A DNA stretch of 64,000 nucleotides from Octopus sinensis (GCF_006345805.1 NC_043005.1:99200001-99264000), one strand, 5' to 3'. Shown: positions 12,161 through 24,670, numbered from the stretch's first letter. The notes: a model not told the origin generated them from the sequence alone. Made by a program: numbers and translations.

Positions 12161-13493
12161 GAAGAAATGAATTAGGAGCATGCTTGAGTGGTTCTTATTT
12201 TACTGGCCCCGGGACAGTAGGCAACAAAATTATTACAAGTGGAATTTGAACTCAGAATGTGAACAGTTGTAACAGACCACTGCATGACATTTAGTGCAGT
12301 AATTTATTGATTCTGACATTGAGGTCAACTTGGCCTTTCATTTTTTGCTGAGGTTGATGAAAATAAATACTAGTTAAGTACTGGGGTCAGTGTAGTTGAC
12401 TAGCCTCCCGCCCCATGATTTCAGACCTTGAGTCTATAGTAGAAAGCATTATTGTGATAATGTTTATAACATCAGCATATAAGGCCTGAAATTTGAGGGA
12501 GAGTGTTTAGAATACCACTGACTCCAGTATTTCACTATTACTTTATTTCATTGATCCCAGAAGATTAAATGGTAAAGTTGGCTGTGGTGGAATTTGAACT
12601 CAGAAGCCATAAGAAACAATAAAAGTCCTTTTGTCCAATGCTCTATTGATTCCCTATCCCTGCACAATATTACAGATTTGCAGAGGAGAGTTATAGTATG
12701 TAAAAATCATCCAAGCACATTACTGGTACGTAATTTTTGCCTTAAAGAGGAAAAGTAAAATTGATTTTGGCAGGATTTGAATTTGAGGAGAGGGGTTTAA
12801 AATACCATCATCTCCAATACTTTACTGGTACTTAATTTATCAACCCTGGGAAGATGAAAACTAAAGTTGGGCTTGGTGTGATTTGAACTCGGAATGTAAA
12901 GAGCCACAAGGCATTTTTGTTCATTTACTGTAATGGTTCTGTAAATCTGTTATCATTATGATAACAATAATGATGAATACAAGGATAATTATAATTATAA
13001 TGAAAATTGTACAAAATAGGTGGTTGTTGTTTAGCTCCTGGTCAGCTTTGACCAAAGGACCTCTATAGTCAAAGATATTCTAGCAATGACCACTCAGTCT
13101 TATTTTCAGAGACTTAGTGTATCTTGGACTACATTATCCAGTGTGTCCCTTCCTTGTTCATGACAATAGATTAGGATCTGAAATAGACTTGGCTGTTATT
13201 TCTAACAGATTGAAGAACCATGTAGAATGCTCTAGTTTTACTGACATGTATTTTTACAACCTCACATAGATAAAAGCATTCAAATTCTGTTGGATTTACT
13301 TTATAGCCACTCTATCATGTTTTAAAAACATTTCTAACATTGTTTAAGTGGACTAAGTCCACCTCGGCTGGATTTGAAATTAGATTATAAAAGAACGTAA
13401 CTAAAAGTCATTTGGTCTGGCCTTCTGCTGTTTCTGACATTCACTCCTCAATGATGGTGATGATGATGATGGTAGTGGCAGCAGTGATAATCT

Positions 13494-13740
13494 TTAACCC
13501 TTTAACTGCAAAATTAAATTTTATGGTTATTCTAGTAATGATATGAAATATCTAACGAAAATAGAATTGGTATTTTCTGCAAGTCACGTTGCCTCAGTAA
13601 ACTTGTATTATCTCAACAAAAAATAGTTTCAAACATGACATTCTGAACAAAAGATAGACTGGCTTATAAAACTGCTTTCCACAGTTTAGGGTAATGGAAT
13701 TTGGAGTGGATATTTCTGATTTCCACAGCAAAAGGGTGAA
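13494..13740. mobile_element. Possible piggyBac-like MITE (TTAACCCTTT...AAAGGGTGAA)
   Basis: Imperfect terminal inverted repeats beginning TTAACCC. Confidence 0.4.
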
Positions 13741-14221
13741 TATTTTCAGAAAGCTACAAACTTTAGAGGGTGGGAACAGTTGATTAAATTAACTTTCTAG
13801 TATTTCATTTATAATTAGTTTGTTGATCTCTTATAAGAATAAAAGTCAAAGCTAACTCTGTCAGAAATTGAACTCAGAATATAAAAAAAGAACTAAATAT
13901 GTACAAGGCATTTTCTTTGCCACTCTGCAGAAACTTGTCCTGAAATAATAATAGAAGGCCATATCAAAGGATACATCCTTGTTCTGTATAAGGTTGTGCT
14001 GTCCCAGTTGATAGGTTCATGTAGCTGAAGAATGATACTTCCAAAGTGTAACATAAGGCTTTTTCATCAAGGCAACTTCCAAGAGTCCTGAAAAAATGAT
14101 AAGAGGTGAAAGGAATTTAATGATTACATTTTCAGTGAACTCTGGTAACAGACTTTTTCCTTTCACTATTTGTTGTGTGTGCATGTGTGTGCTTGTGTGC
14201 GTGTGTGTGTGAGTATCATAA

Positions 14222-14645
14222 CCATCATCATCATCATCATCATCGTTTAATGTCCGTTTTCTGTGCTAGCATGGGTTGGACGGTTTGACCGGGGTCTGGG
14301 AAGCCAGGGGGCTGCACCAGGCTCCAGTCTGATCTGGCAGTGTTTCCACAGCTGGATGCCCTTCCTAACACCAACTACTCTGCGAGTGTAGTGGGTGCTT
14401 TTTACGTGCCACTGGCACAGGTGCCAGGAGAGGCTGGCAGTGACCACAATACCATCATTATTTAGCATCCTTTTTTTTCCATACCAGCATGGGTTGGATG
14501 GTTCAACATGAACTGATAAGCCTAAGGGCTGCACCAAACTCCGGTGAGGTCTGCTTTGGTATAATTTCTCTGGCTGGATGGCCTTCCTAATGCCAATCAC
14601 TTTACAGAATGTGGACTGGGTGCTTTTTATCAAAGCACCAGCACT
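14222..14645 (-). mobile_element. Two tandem RTE 3'UTR tails / SINE ends
   Basis: (CAT)n then CGTTTAATGTCCG...GGATGCCCTTCCTAA; second copy from ~14450. Confidence 0.8.
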
Positions 14646-15655
14646 TGTGAGATCAGCAACATTGAGGGATATGAAAGTATGGGACAGGATAAAGGGACAG
14701 GAGCAAGGTCTTGCTAAACAGGTGAATACATGTCCAGCCAAGGGCAAAAATTACTTTTACTCCAAAACAGGTGAGAGTTGATAATAGGAAAGGGTGTGGC
14801 CATAAGAAACCTTCATCAACAAATTTCACGTGACTCGTGCAGATATGGAAATGTCGATGTTAAAATTATGATGATGATGATGATGATATATGTAAATACA
14901 TATGTATAATGTGTGTGTATGTGTCTATATATATATATATGTACTTGCGTTATTATGTGTATGTGTGCATGAATATAGTAGAGTAAAAAAAAATCCAGAG
15001 TTGTAAAGAACGCTGTACAAGGATGTAATGTAATGTAGGTTATAAATTACATTTTGAGCTGAAATTACATAGATTGCCACTATTAGTTTTATGTTTCACT
15101 AGTTTTCAAGTAAACAATTTTGTATTTCTATATAGGATAAACTCAAAAACCCATTAAATAAGCTCTTTAATGTAAACTAATTGATGAAGTTGGAACATTA
15201 GTGTATCAGGCTGCCAGTTATTTCCCCAACATGCCTTTTTGAAGACAAAAAAACAAAGTTTTTTTTACATATATTTCATATGTTATATTACATTATATTA
15301 TATTATATTGCATTAAAAAGGACAGTCTACTCAAGTTTTGCCCTTGGCTAATCACAACAATATATAATCATGATTATTATCATCCTGGTTATCATTATTG
15401 TGATTGTTGTGACATCTACTATACCATACTTGCAAGGTTAGGCAAGATTATGTTGGGACAGAATTCTCTGCAACTGGGTGCCCTTCCTGACACCAACCTT
15501 TACATTTTTGTCAAGTTAGGTGATAATTCCCCAGTCTCTCAAACAATGAGCAGCTTGAACATGGCTACATGGTGAACTGGAAACAAATGACCAGTGATTT
15601 AGGTAAAGGTGATGGAGAATATGGATTCACACACACACACTCATGTGTGTGTATA

Positions 15656-15656
<1 letters not shown>

Positions 15657-15740
<84 letters not shown>

Positions 15741-15741
15741 G

Positions 15742-15773
<32 letters not shown>
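15657..15773. repeat. (TATC)n microsatellite, 5' flank of Tx1 copy 1
   Basis: Direct reading; ends ...TATCTA at 15773. Confidence 0.95.
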
Positions 15774-16133
15774 ACCTCATCAACTTCTTCAAGTACCACT
15801 TGAAAAGGAAAGTGAGAGTAGAGAGGCAAGTTTTGTCTAGCGAATGTTTTAAAAAAAGATGGGTGAATGTAGCAAGAATGGCACGTATGAATGACGAAGC
15901 CACCTTGAGCATAGTCCTATGAACCCAGAAATCGAAAACAGAGAGTTGCTTATTTGCAAAAAAAAAAAAAAAAAAAAAAAAAGAAATATAAAATGTGACT
16001 TCATTGACCGAGGTTACCGTGGTCTTTTCCGCAGGCTTTTTTTTCCACGGGTAAACCTCACCTGTCCTCCCCTTTACACTTCATACTGACATTTCTGTGA
16101 TAACGATCCCTATTGATCATTTTTTTCCTCTCT

Positions 16134-16165
<32 letters not shown>

Positions 16166-16326
16166 TAACCCCCCTTATTTTGTTCCTCTTCTCTCCTTTT
16201 ACGATCCCTTTTGATCGAACCTCCCCCTTCCTTTTTTTTTTTTTTTTTTTAATACCTTCAAAAGAAAAGCTCTACCTTGTAATTTGTTCTATCTGTGTGC
16301 AGCCCTGTGTGGCTAATAAAGAAACA
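15774..16326 (+). mobile_element. Tx1/L1-clade LINE copy 1, heavily 5'-truncated (ORF2 last ~48 codons plus 3'UTR)
   Basis: Near identical to 22210-22750; encodes LINFFKYHLKRKVRVERQVLSSECFKKRWVNVARMARMNDEATLSIVL*. Confidence 0.95.
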
Positions 16327-16392
<66 letters not shown>

Positions 16393-17492
16393 AGGAGGGC
16401 TGGGCATGCCGTGGTTGATGATGCGCAGACACGCGCTGAGACTGCGACATCTCTGGCTCTATGTAGACGACGGTGAACAGGTGTGGTCGCCGTTTGTGAG
16501 GCACGCTTTCCCGCAGCTCGTCTCCATGACCGAACTGCAGTCGTGGATCAAAAAGAGGCCGAGGAAGGGCGAATGGCACCGCGAGTGTCGCGTTGCTCTC
16601 AAGCAACTCTGCCGTCCTGGGTCGACCTTAAGTGACTTCAACACAACCAAAGCATTCTATAGGGGTTTAGTGGAGGGGAGGTACGACGACGAGCTCGGGG
16701 TGAACCTGGACGTCGACGAGGAGTACCTGACCCGCCTGTTCGGGACGACTTTCGGGCCAGGGCCCATGGACAACTTCCAGAGATCCCTGGCCTGGCAGTG
16801 CTACCGAGAAGCGCTACCCGTTCGGGATAAGCTCTACAGACACGGCTCGAGAAACACGGGGCCGACCTGCCCGAGATGCGGTCAGAGCGACGAAACCGTT
16901 CTGCACGCACTCGTTCAGTGTCCAACAATTTCCGACCTGTGGGCTTATGTCGAACAACTGCTGTCACGTGTGGGACGAGTCGGTTTATCAGCTGAGTCTA
17001 TCGTCAATATTGTCACGCCTCTTCTTCAAACGGGAAGGAAGAGCTATTTTCATCATCCTTGTGGCTATGGCGAAAGAATGTATCTATGTGGACGCGTCTG
17101 AAAGGATTGGAGACAAACACTTTCCTCTCTGGTCAATCTCTCATCAACTTCTTCAAGTACCACTTGAAAAGGAAAGTGAGAGTAGAGAGGCAAGTTTTGT
17201 CTAGCGAATGTTTTAAAAAAAGATGGGTGAATGTAGCAGAATGGCACGTATGAATGACGAAGCCACCTTGAGCATAGTCCTATGAACCCAGAAATCGAAA
17301 ACAGAGAGTTGCTTATTTGCAAAAAAAAAAAAAAAAAAAAAAGAAATATAAAATGTGACTTCATTGACCGAGGTTACCGTGGTCTTTTCCGCAGGCTTTT
17401 CTTTCCACGGGTAAACCTCACCTGTCCTCCCCTTTACACTTCATATTGACATTTCTGTGATAACGATCCCTATTGATCAATTTTTTTCCTCT

Positions 17493-17524
<32 letters not shown>

Positions 17525-17681
17525 CCCCCCCCTTTTTTTGTCTCTTTCTCTCCTTTTACGATCCCTTTTGATCGAAACTCCCCCTTCCTTTTTTTTTTTT
17601 TTTTTTAAACCTTCAAAAGAAAAGCTCTACCTTGTAATTTGTTCTATCTGTGTGCAGCCCTGTGTGGCTAATAAAGAAACA
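16393..17681 (+). mobile_element. Tx1/L1-clade LINE copy 2, 5'-truncated (~1.29 kb)
   Basis: Near identical to 21462-22750 with a few substitutions and indels; includes CPRCGQSDETVLHALVQC; flanked by (TATC)n at 16327-16392 and 17682-17731. Confidence 0.95.
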
Positions 17682-17731
<50 letters not shown>

Positions 17732-18893
17732 ATGATACCAGTCTACTTAAACAAAAGGGTCACGAAAGTCCAAATAAAAAACATACCATTTGATGTCGAA
17801 ACACAATGGTTGGTCTCTGCCATCTGCTTTGAAATGTCAGAGACACATGTCAGAGACAAACATCCTGGAAATCGCGGTTCTAGGAGAGAAAGACTATGTG
17901 GGCAAATCAATCGAATTCCTGCTTCAATTGGATGAAGCAGCAAGAGAGAAGATACCCACCGCTATAGAACTGCCAGGAGGCTACAAACTCTATATAGTGG
18001 TAGAGGGCAGGCGACCACGCTGCTATTTGTGTGGAAGCGAAACACACTTGAAAAAGACGTGCCCAACCACTGCACACCAAGAGCAACAAAAACAACCACT
18101 ACCACAACCAAGCACTCCGGAAAAAAAGCTCTACTACCCACACCACCATCAACACAGAAGACAAGAGAAGCACACCAAGCTAATCCGTCATCAACCAAAA
18201 ACCACTCGACACCTGAAAAAATACCAACACCACCATCAACAGCAAAACCCAAAGGAACAGAAAAACAAAGAAAACACACACAAACTGATCCCCCATCCCT
18301 TATACCGCACTCAACACACACAAACACTCAACAACCAACAACAACGAAAACAACAACACAACCACTTACACAGACATACATAGAGCCCACAACATACCCC
18401 TACCCCCTTCTGATTCCTCAGAAATTTCGTCGGAAGACGAAACCAGTGAGGAATGGCAAATAGCTACAAAAAGAAGGAAAATAAAGAGCAGAAACACAAC
18501 CAAACCAAATGCAAACACGAACAAAGCAGGGGGAAATACATCTCCCGAAGACATTTCAAAACCCAACGCAAACAACAGCCACACCAACACCACAAAAACA
18601 TATACAGCAAACATGCTCACAGCCATAGACACCAAAAACACAAATTTGATGGAATACATCCAATCAAAAACAACATAACAGAAGATGACATAAAAACAAA
18701 CAATCACCCATACACAACACCACCAGACCACATCAAAATATTACACATCTCCAAAAGTCTGCACCACACACTCAAAGGCATTTTCCCCAGTGCGGTTGGT
18801 AAATGCCAAAAATATCTCACAAAGAAACTGTACTGGGATCTTCTCGAGGACAAACCAAGGAGGAGAAAGCAAAAACTTTCGAGCAGTAAGTAA
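17732..18893 (+). pseudogene. Tx1 ORF1 (RRM-like segment, zinc knuckle, Q/T/P-rich tail), frameshifted
   Basis: YKLYIVVEGRRPRCYLCGSETHLKKTCP is a CxxCxxxxHxxxxC knuckle typical of Tx1 ORF1; reading is split over ORFs 17732, 17790, 18029 and 18453; stop at 18893. Confidence 0.8.
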
Positions 18894-18920
18894 CCCTCTG
18901 TATTCTAATTCATTAGAACT

Positions 18921-21900
18921 ATGATCAAGATTGGTTGTGTAAATGCGCGTGGCTTGGGGTCCCCTTGGAAACAAGGGTACCTCTTAAATGACATAAAGTC
19001 ACATAAGTTAGAAATCATAGCCATAAGCGAGACCAGACTCCACAATCCGCGGGCCCTAAAGACCATGTTTGGCGGACAGTTCAACATTTATTTTTCCCCC
19101 TGTCTGCCGAGAATGGGCGGTAGTGGCACCGCGGTACTTTTTCACAAGAGTCTGGATCTCAATGTAAGTACAATATTCGTAGACCCGGAGGGTAGACTGG
19201 TCGTCCTGGATGTCGACGGCAGCAATGGGTGCGCTTTTCGACTCGTATCAGTCTACGCACCGCCCTTAACAGGTCGGGCGGATTTCTTTCAACGTCTAGA
19301 AGTTTTCTTGGGAACGTCTCGTCCTTTACTCTTAGTGGGGGATTGGAATGCTACCTTGGACACGCATGTAGACTACGTGGGTAGAGATAGGAATAGACGG
19401 GGATGCAAATGCCTCAGAGACCTGCTCAGACGCTTTCAACTGTCTGACAGGTTCCGACTAGACCACCCGAATGCGCCAACGTGGACACGGAGCAACCGCA
19501 TCGGGTCGTCGAGATCGTATCTAGATAGGATACTGTGTAGGACAGTAGATAGAGATAGCATAGGATGTCCACAATTCCACATAGTCAGCTACACGGATCA
19601 CAAACTTGTGACATGTACGCTAGACTTAGGTAAGACACTTAGGCAGGGTCCCGGATACTGGAAACTAAACGCGTCTTTCCCATCGAGACAAGTTTTCAGA
19701 GACCGGATTAGCACACTAGTAAAGAGGGCTTTGACGGGAGCCATCATCAACAACAAATGGTGGTTTGCCCTCAAGAGAGCAGTAAAAGCAGAAGCGATTA
19801 GGTACAGCAAAGCACTAGCCATAGATAGAAATAGAGTAGAGGTGAGCTAGTTAAGAAGCTAGAAGAGGCAATTAGAAGCGGCATCGCATCCGACGTTTTG
19901 GCGGCGAGGTTGGCCCTCGACCAACACTTCAACGCCAAACACGAAGGATGTGCTGTCAGAGCTAGGATGCGTGCTCTAAGGAACGAAGGTGTTGGAGCCG
20001 CGAGAGAGGCCCGGGTGGCAGAGGCGCAACAGGGCAACAAAGCCACCATTCGGTCACTGGTAGATGAACAGGGGCGCGAATTGCTCGAGCCAAGTAAATG
20101 TGTGAGGCCTTTCAGCAGCATTTTGCCCGACTGTTCGGAACGAGTGGAGGGCAAGAACGTAGGGTGGACTTCAGTGCCTACCTACATAGCCTACCACGAC
20201 TCTCGACAAGAAAGGCAGGGTGCTGCGAAGGTGCCATCACGGCGGCGGAAGTGCGGGAAGCGATGGCAGAATGCTCGAGGGACAAATCACCGGGTTTGGA
20301 TGGTCTACCCTACGAGCTTTACAATTGTATGCCAGACTTGTTTGGAGATCTCTTGGCGGCGGTGTACTGCAACTGGCAGCAAAACGGGAGCATTCCTGGT
20401 TTTGTGAGCCGAGGAGCCGTAACACTGCTGAAGAAAGATCTAAACAAGGGAAATGTAATAGATAACTTTAGGCCCATCACTCTGCTTAATGCAGACTTGA
20501 AAATTTTGGCCAAGGTGCTAGCCAAGAGGTTGGCGCTTGTCATCGAGAAACTGGTCGACAAGGCGCAAACATGCGCCGTGCCAGGCCGGACCATCCATGA
20601 CAACCTCCATCTGATGCGCTACATCATAGACAGGGTAGTTAACGAACCTGGCATGGGTGGGGCCCTGATCAACTTGGATCAATCGAAAGCCTTTGATAGG
20701 GTGGACCATCGATACTTGGAGGCAGTCCTGAGAGCGGCTGGTTTCGGTCCTGTCTTCCGCGGCTGGATAGCTGCCTTGTACAGAGGCATCCGTTCGGTAA
20801 TTCGCGTAAATGGACATCTATCGAGACCTGTCGACATTGCACGTTCGGTCCGTCAGGGATGCCCCCTCTCGGCGCTTCTATACGTATTGACTCTTGAGCC
20901 ACTACTGCGGAAGCTGGCGACTCTAAGGGGCATCCCGCGAGAATTGGGATGCGGGACGAGCGTGTCTGCATACGCGGACGACGTCACCGTCATAGTGTCT
21001 AGCCACGAGCACATCAAGCTGGTCGGCGAGACACTGAAAAACTACGAAGCGGTGACAGGAGCGAAAATCAACCGGGAAAAGTCAGTGGGCTTGCGACTAG
21101 GCACCTGGAGAAGCAAGCCCATGCCGTCCACCAGCGCCTCCGTCGTGGGACGCTGGACCGACGGCCCGGTTGAGTTGCTCGGGGTCTGGTTCGGTCCGGA
21201 CCTCCAAGTGGAGAAGAACTGGAACGAGATAACGAGTAGGGTGGTCACTCTCGCCCGGCAATGGGCCGAGAGGAAACTGTCCCTAAAAGGTCGAGCGGAG
21301 GTGGCGAACACGTACATCGCGTCCGTCATCTACTACCGCCTGACCGTCGTACCTTGTCCCGACCCTACCATCACCAAACTACAACGCATCCTCTTTCGCT
21401 TCTTGTGGAAAGGATGCGTCCCGATGGTCAGGCGATCCATTTGCTGTCAACACCCGTTAAAAGGAGGGCTGGGCATGCCGTGGTTGATGATGCGCAGACA
21501 CGCGCTGAGACTGCGACATCTCTGGCTCTATGTAGACGACGGTGAACAGGTGTGGTCGCCGTTTGTGAGGCACGCTTTCCCGCAGCTCGTCTCCATGACC
21601 GAACTGCAGTCGTGGATCAAAAAGAGGCCGAGGAAGGGCGAATGGCACCGCGAGTGTCGCGTTGCTCTCAAGCAACTCTGCCGTCCTGGGTCGACCTTAA
21701 GTGACTTCAACACAACCAAAGCATTCTATAGGGGTTTAGTGGAGGGGAGGTACGACGACGAGTTCGGGGCGAACCTGGACGTCGACGAGGAGTACCTGAC
21801 CCGCCTGTTCGGGACGACTTTCGGGCCAGGGCCCATGGACAACTTCCAGAGATCCCTGGCCTGGCAGTGCTACCGAGAAGCGCTACCCGTTCGGGATAAG

Positions 21901-22356
21901 CTCTACAGACACGGCTCGAGAAACATGGGGCCGACCTGCCCGAGATGCGGTCAGAGCGACGAAACCGTTCTGCACGCACTCGTTCAGTGTCCAACAATTT
22001 CCGACCTGTGGGCTTATGTCGAACAACTGCTGTCACGTGTGGGACGAGTCGGTTTATCAGCTGAGTCTATCGTCAATATTGTCATGCCTCCTTCCTTCAA
22101 ACAGGAAGGAAGAGCTATTTTCATCATCCTTGTGGCTATGGCGAAAGAATGTATCTGGTGGACGCGTCTGAAAGGATTGGAGACAAACACTTTCCTCTCT
22201 GGTCAATCTCTCATCAACTTCTTCAAATACCACTTGAAAAGGAAAGTGAGAGTAGAGAGGCAAGTTTTGTCTAGCGAATGTTTTAAAAAAAGATGGGTGA
22301 ATGTAGCAAGAATGGCACGTATGAATGACGAAGCCACCTTGAGCATAGTCCTATGA
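18921..22356 (+). pseudogene. Tx1 ORF2: AP endonuclease, reverse transcriptase and CCHC domain, with two frameshifts
   Basis: APE motifs NARGL, ISET, GDWN, YLDRI, TDH; RT motifs KSPGLDG, FRPITLLNADLKILAK, LDQSKAFDRV, VRQGCPLS, YADD; CPRC...ETVLH...C. Frame changes near 19842 and 20097. Confidence 0.93.
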
Positions 22357-22750
22357 ACCCAGAAATCGAAAACAGAGAGTTGCTTATTTGCAAAAAAAAA
22401 AAAAAAAAAAGAAATATAAAATGTGACTTCATTGACCGAGGTTACCGTGGTCTTTTCCGTAGGCTTTTCTTTCCACGGGTAAACCTCACCTGTCCTCCCC
22501 TTTACACTTCATATTGACATTTCTGTGATAACGATCCCTATTGATCAATTTTTTTTCCTCTCCCCCTTTTTTTTTTTTTTTTTAACCCCCCCCCCTTTTT
22601 TTTGTCCTCTTTCTCTCCTTTTACGATCCCTTTTGATCGAAACTCCCCCTTCCTTTTTTTTTTTTTTTTTTTTTTAAACCTTCAAAAGAAAAGCTCTACC
22701 TTGTAATTTGTTCTATCTGTGTGCAGCCCTGTGTGGCTAATAAAGAAACA

Positions 22751-22809
<59 letters not shown>

Positions 22810-22816
22810 ATATATA

Positions 22817-22988
22817 GGGGGAGAATTTCCGAAAAAAGACGAAGACAAGTGGTGTAGAAAACAAACAGATGTATTAGTATAATGCTCAGGAATTGAAAGT
22901 CTTTAACGTTTCGAGTCTACGCTCTTCCACAGAAAGAAACAAGGAGAGAAAAAAAATGTGTGTAGTGGCTACTGATCTATCATGCTGA

Positions 22989-22990
<2 letters not shown>
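22817..22990 (-). mobile_element. Short (TA)n-flanked repeat carrying a hammerhead-like fold
   Basis: Bounded by (TA)n; contains the motif at 22900-22937. Confidence 0.55.
22900..22937 (-). ncRNA. Type I hammerhead-like motif with non-canonical core CUGUGGA
   Basis: Minus strand UCUUU CUGUGGA A GAGC GUAG ACUC GAAA CG UU AAAGA: stem I 5 bp, stem II 3 bp plus a C.A mismatch, palindromic ACGU stem III. Confidence 0.5.
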
Positions 22991-23038
<48 letters not shown>

Positions 23039-23294
23039 CATACATACATATATATATATACATATACTTGGAGGGTTCCTTCATTTTCCATCTCTCAATT
23101 TCACACACAAAGTATTAGTTAACCATGGCTATAGTATAGGACACCAGCCAACAAGATCCAAATGGTGGATATGAAACTTTAACCACAGGGTTCTGAAGGG
23201 AATTGCTTAACCACACAGCTCTGCCTGCACAGTTATGTAAGTTAGTCTGTATGAGTGATATATTATGTAACAGATATACGTAAAAATTACATAA

Positions 23295-23593
23295 AAAGCA
23301 CTGTCCAAACATGGCCAATGCCAGTGCCTCTTGACTGGCTCTCATGCCTGTGGCATGCAAAAAGCACTATCCAAATGTGAACGATGCCAAGCCCACCTGA
23401 CTGGTTCCTGTGCCAGTGGCATGTAAAAAGCACCTACTACACTCTTGAAGTGGTTGGCATTAGGAAGAGCATCCATCTGTAGAAACATTGCCATATCAGA
23501 TTGGAGCCTGGAGCAGCCACTGGCTCTCCAGACTTCAGTCAAACTGTCCAACCCATGCCAGCATGGAAAACGGACGTTAAACGATGATGATGA
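23295..23593 (+). mobile_element. RTE 3'UTR tail / SINE end
   Basis: Shared tail ending GGACGTTAAACGATGATGATG. Confidence 0.8.
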
Positions 23594-23796
23594 TATATGA
23601 TATATATGAAATATATATGCATACATTATATTAGATATACCAGCATATCCATAATATATGGGGTGGATAGTGGTTACAAATATGTCTAATGACTCAAAAT
23701 TGTCTTATTTTTCTGTGGGTTAATTTAATGATTATTTTTGTTTTGTTCTTCATTACTGTGTATCCACTACTGTTTCTTTTTCTGTTGCATCATCAG

Positions 23797-23836
23797 ATGT
23801 TTACCCTGTTTGTAGTTCAGACCAAGATCTAAAAAG
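23797..23836 (+). CDS. Candidate 40-nt internal host exon, (D)VYPVCSSDQDLK(R/S)
   Basis: Long polypyrimidine tract TGTTTCTTTTTCTGTTGCATCATCAG, donor AAG|GTACTT, only one open frame; no homology recognised. Confidence 0.35.
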
Positions 23837-24443
23837 GTACTTTTTCTAAAGTTTGTAGTGTTATATCATTTCATATTTTCTGTTAGGAAAGAGTATTTGT
23901 TTTTATTTTCATTATTTTTGGTTAAATCCTGAACATGCTTCTGATTGAGACATTGAATTCCTTTCTATATATATTGTTGAATGCATGTATATGTCATGTG
24001 TGTCTGATTTTAAGTGATCTCCTTGTCATTCCAATGTAACTAACCCATTCATCATTAACTGATTCAAAAATGTAAAGAACAAAAATTTGTATAAATTCAA
24101 ACGATCTAACATTGTGGAATTCTGCCCATCATAAAATCAATGGACTTTGTAAAAAGATTCAACACTATCAATGATCTGCAGTTAAGCATGGTATTGCTCT
24201 TGAAAAAGTTCTTATTTTACCAGAACTCATTCTGAGTAAGGAAAGGCAATGAACACCTCTTAAGCATAAACTTGGATGATATGATATTAGAATGATAAAC
24301 AAACTGTAAATTTACTAAAGAAAACATAACCACAAAACAAAAACCACCCAGAAAGAAATCATCCCCAGAGAAAACTCATAGAAATAAAGATTAACCCAGC
24401 TTCTTTGATAAAGAACTTCTAAAGCAACCCAAAGTATCTTCAC

Positions 24444-24670
24444 AATCTCTTTCATTACTCTATTTATTTTGAGATGCTCTGTGTTTCTTTCAATTACTTC
24501 AAATATAACAAAGAATATAGTAAAATAACTTAGTTATTATTCAGCTAGTGTTAGGAACATAAATTGTGACTAAGGTTTGATGGAAGGTTTTAATTCAGAA
24601 CTTATGAAAACAAGACATTTGTACTCAGAACCTGAGCCGGTTTCAGCCGGGTTGGTAACGAAAGAGTTAA
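24444..24670. mobile_element. piggyBac-like MITE
   Basis: Imperfect TIRs AATCTCTTTCATTAC / GTAACGAAAGAGTTAA; TTAA at the right terminus. Confidence 0.5.

Larger units (their letters stand above)
17732..22750 (+). mobile_element. Tx1/L1-clade LINE copy 3, ~5.0 kb, truncated within ORF1
   Basis: ORF1 with CCHC knuckle, ORF2 with APE, RT and C-terminal CCHC; 3'UTR ends AATAAAGAAACA then (TATC)n at 22751-22804. Confidence 0.95.
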
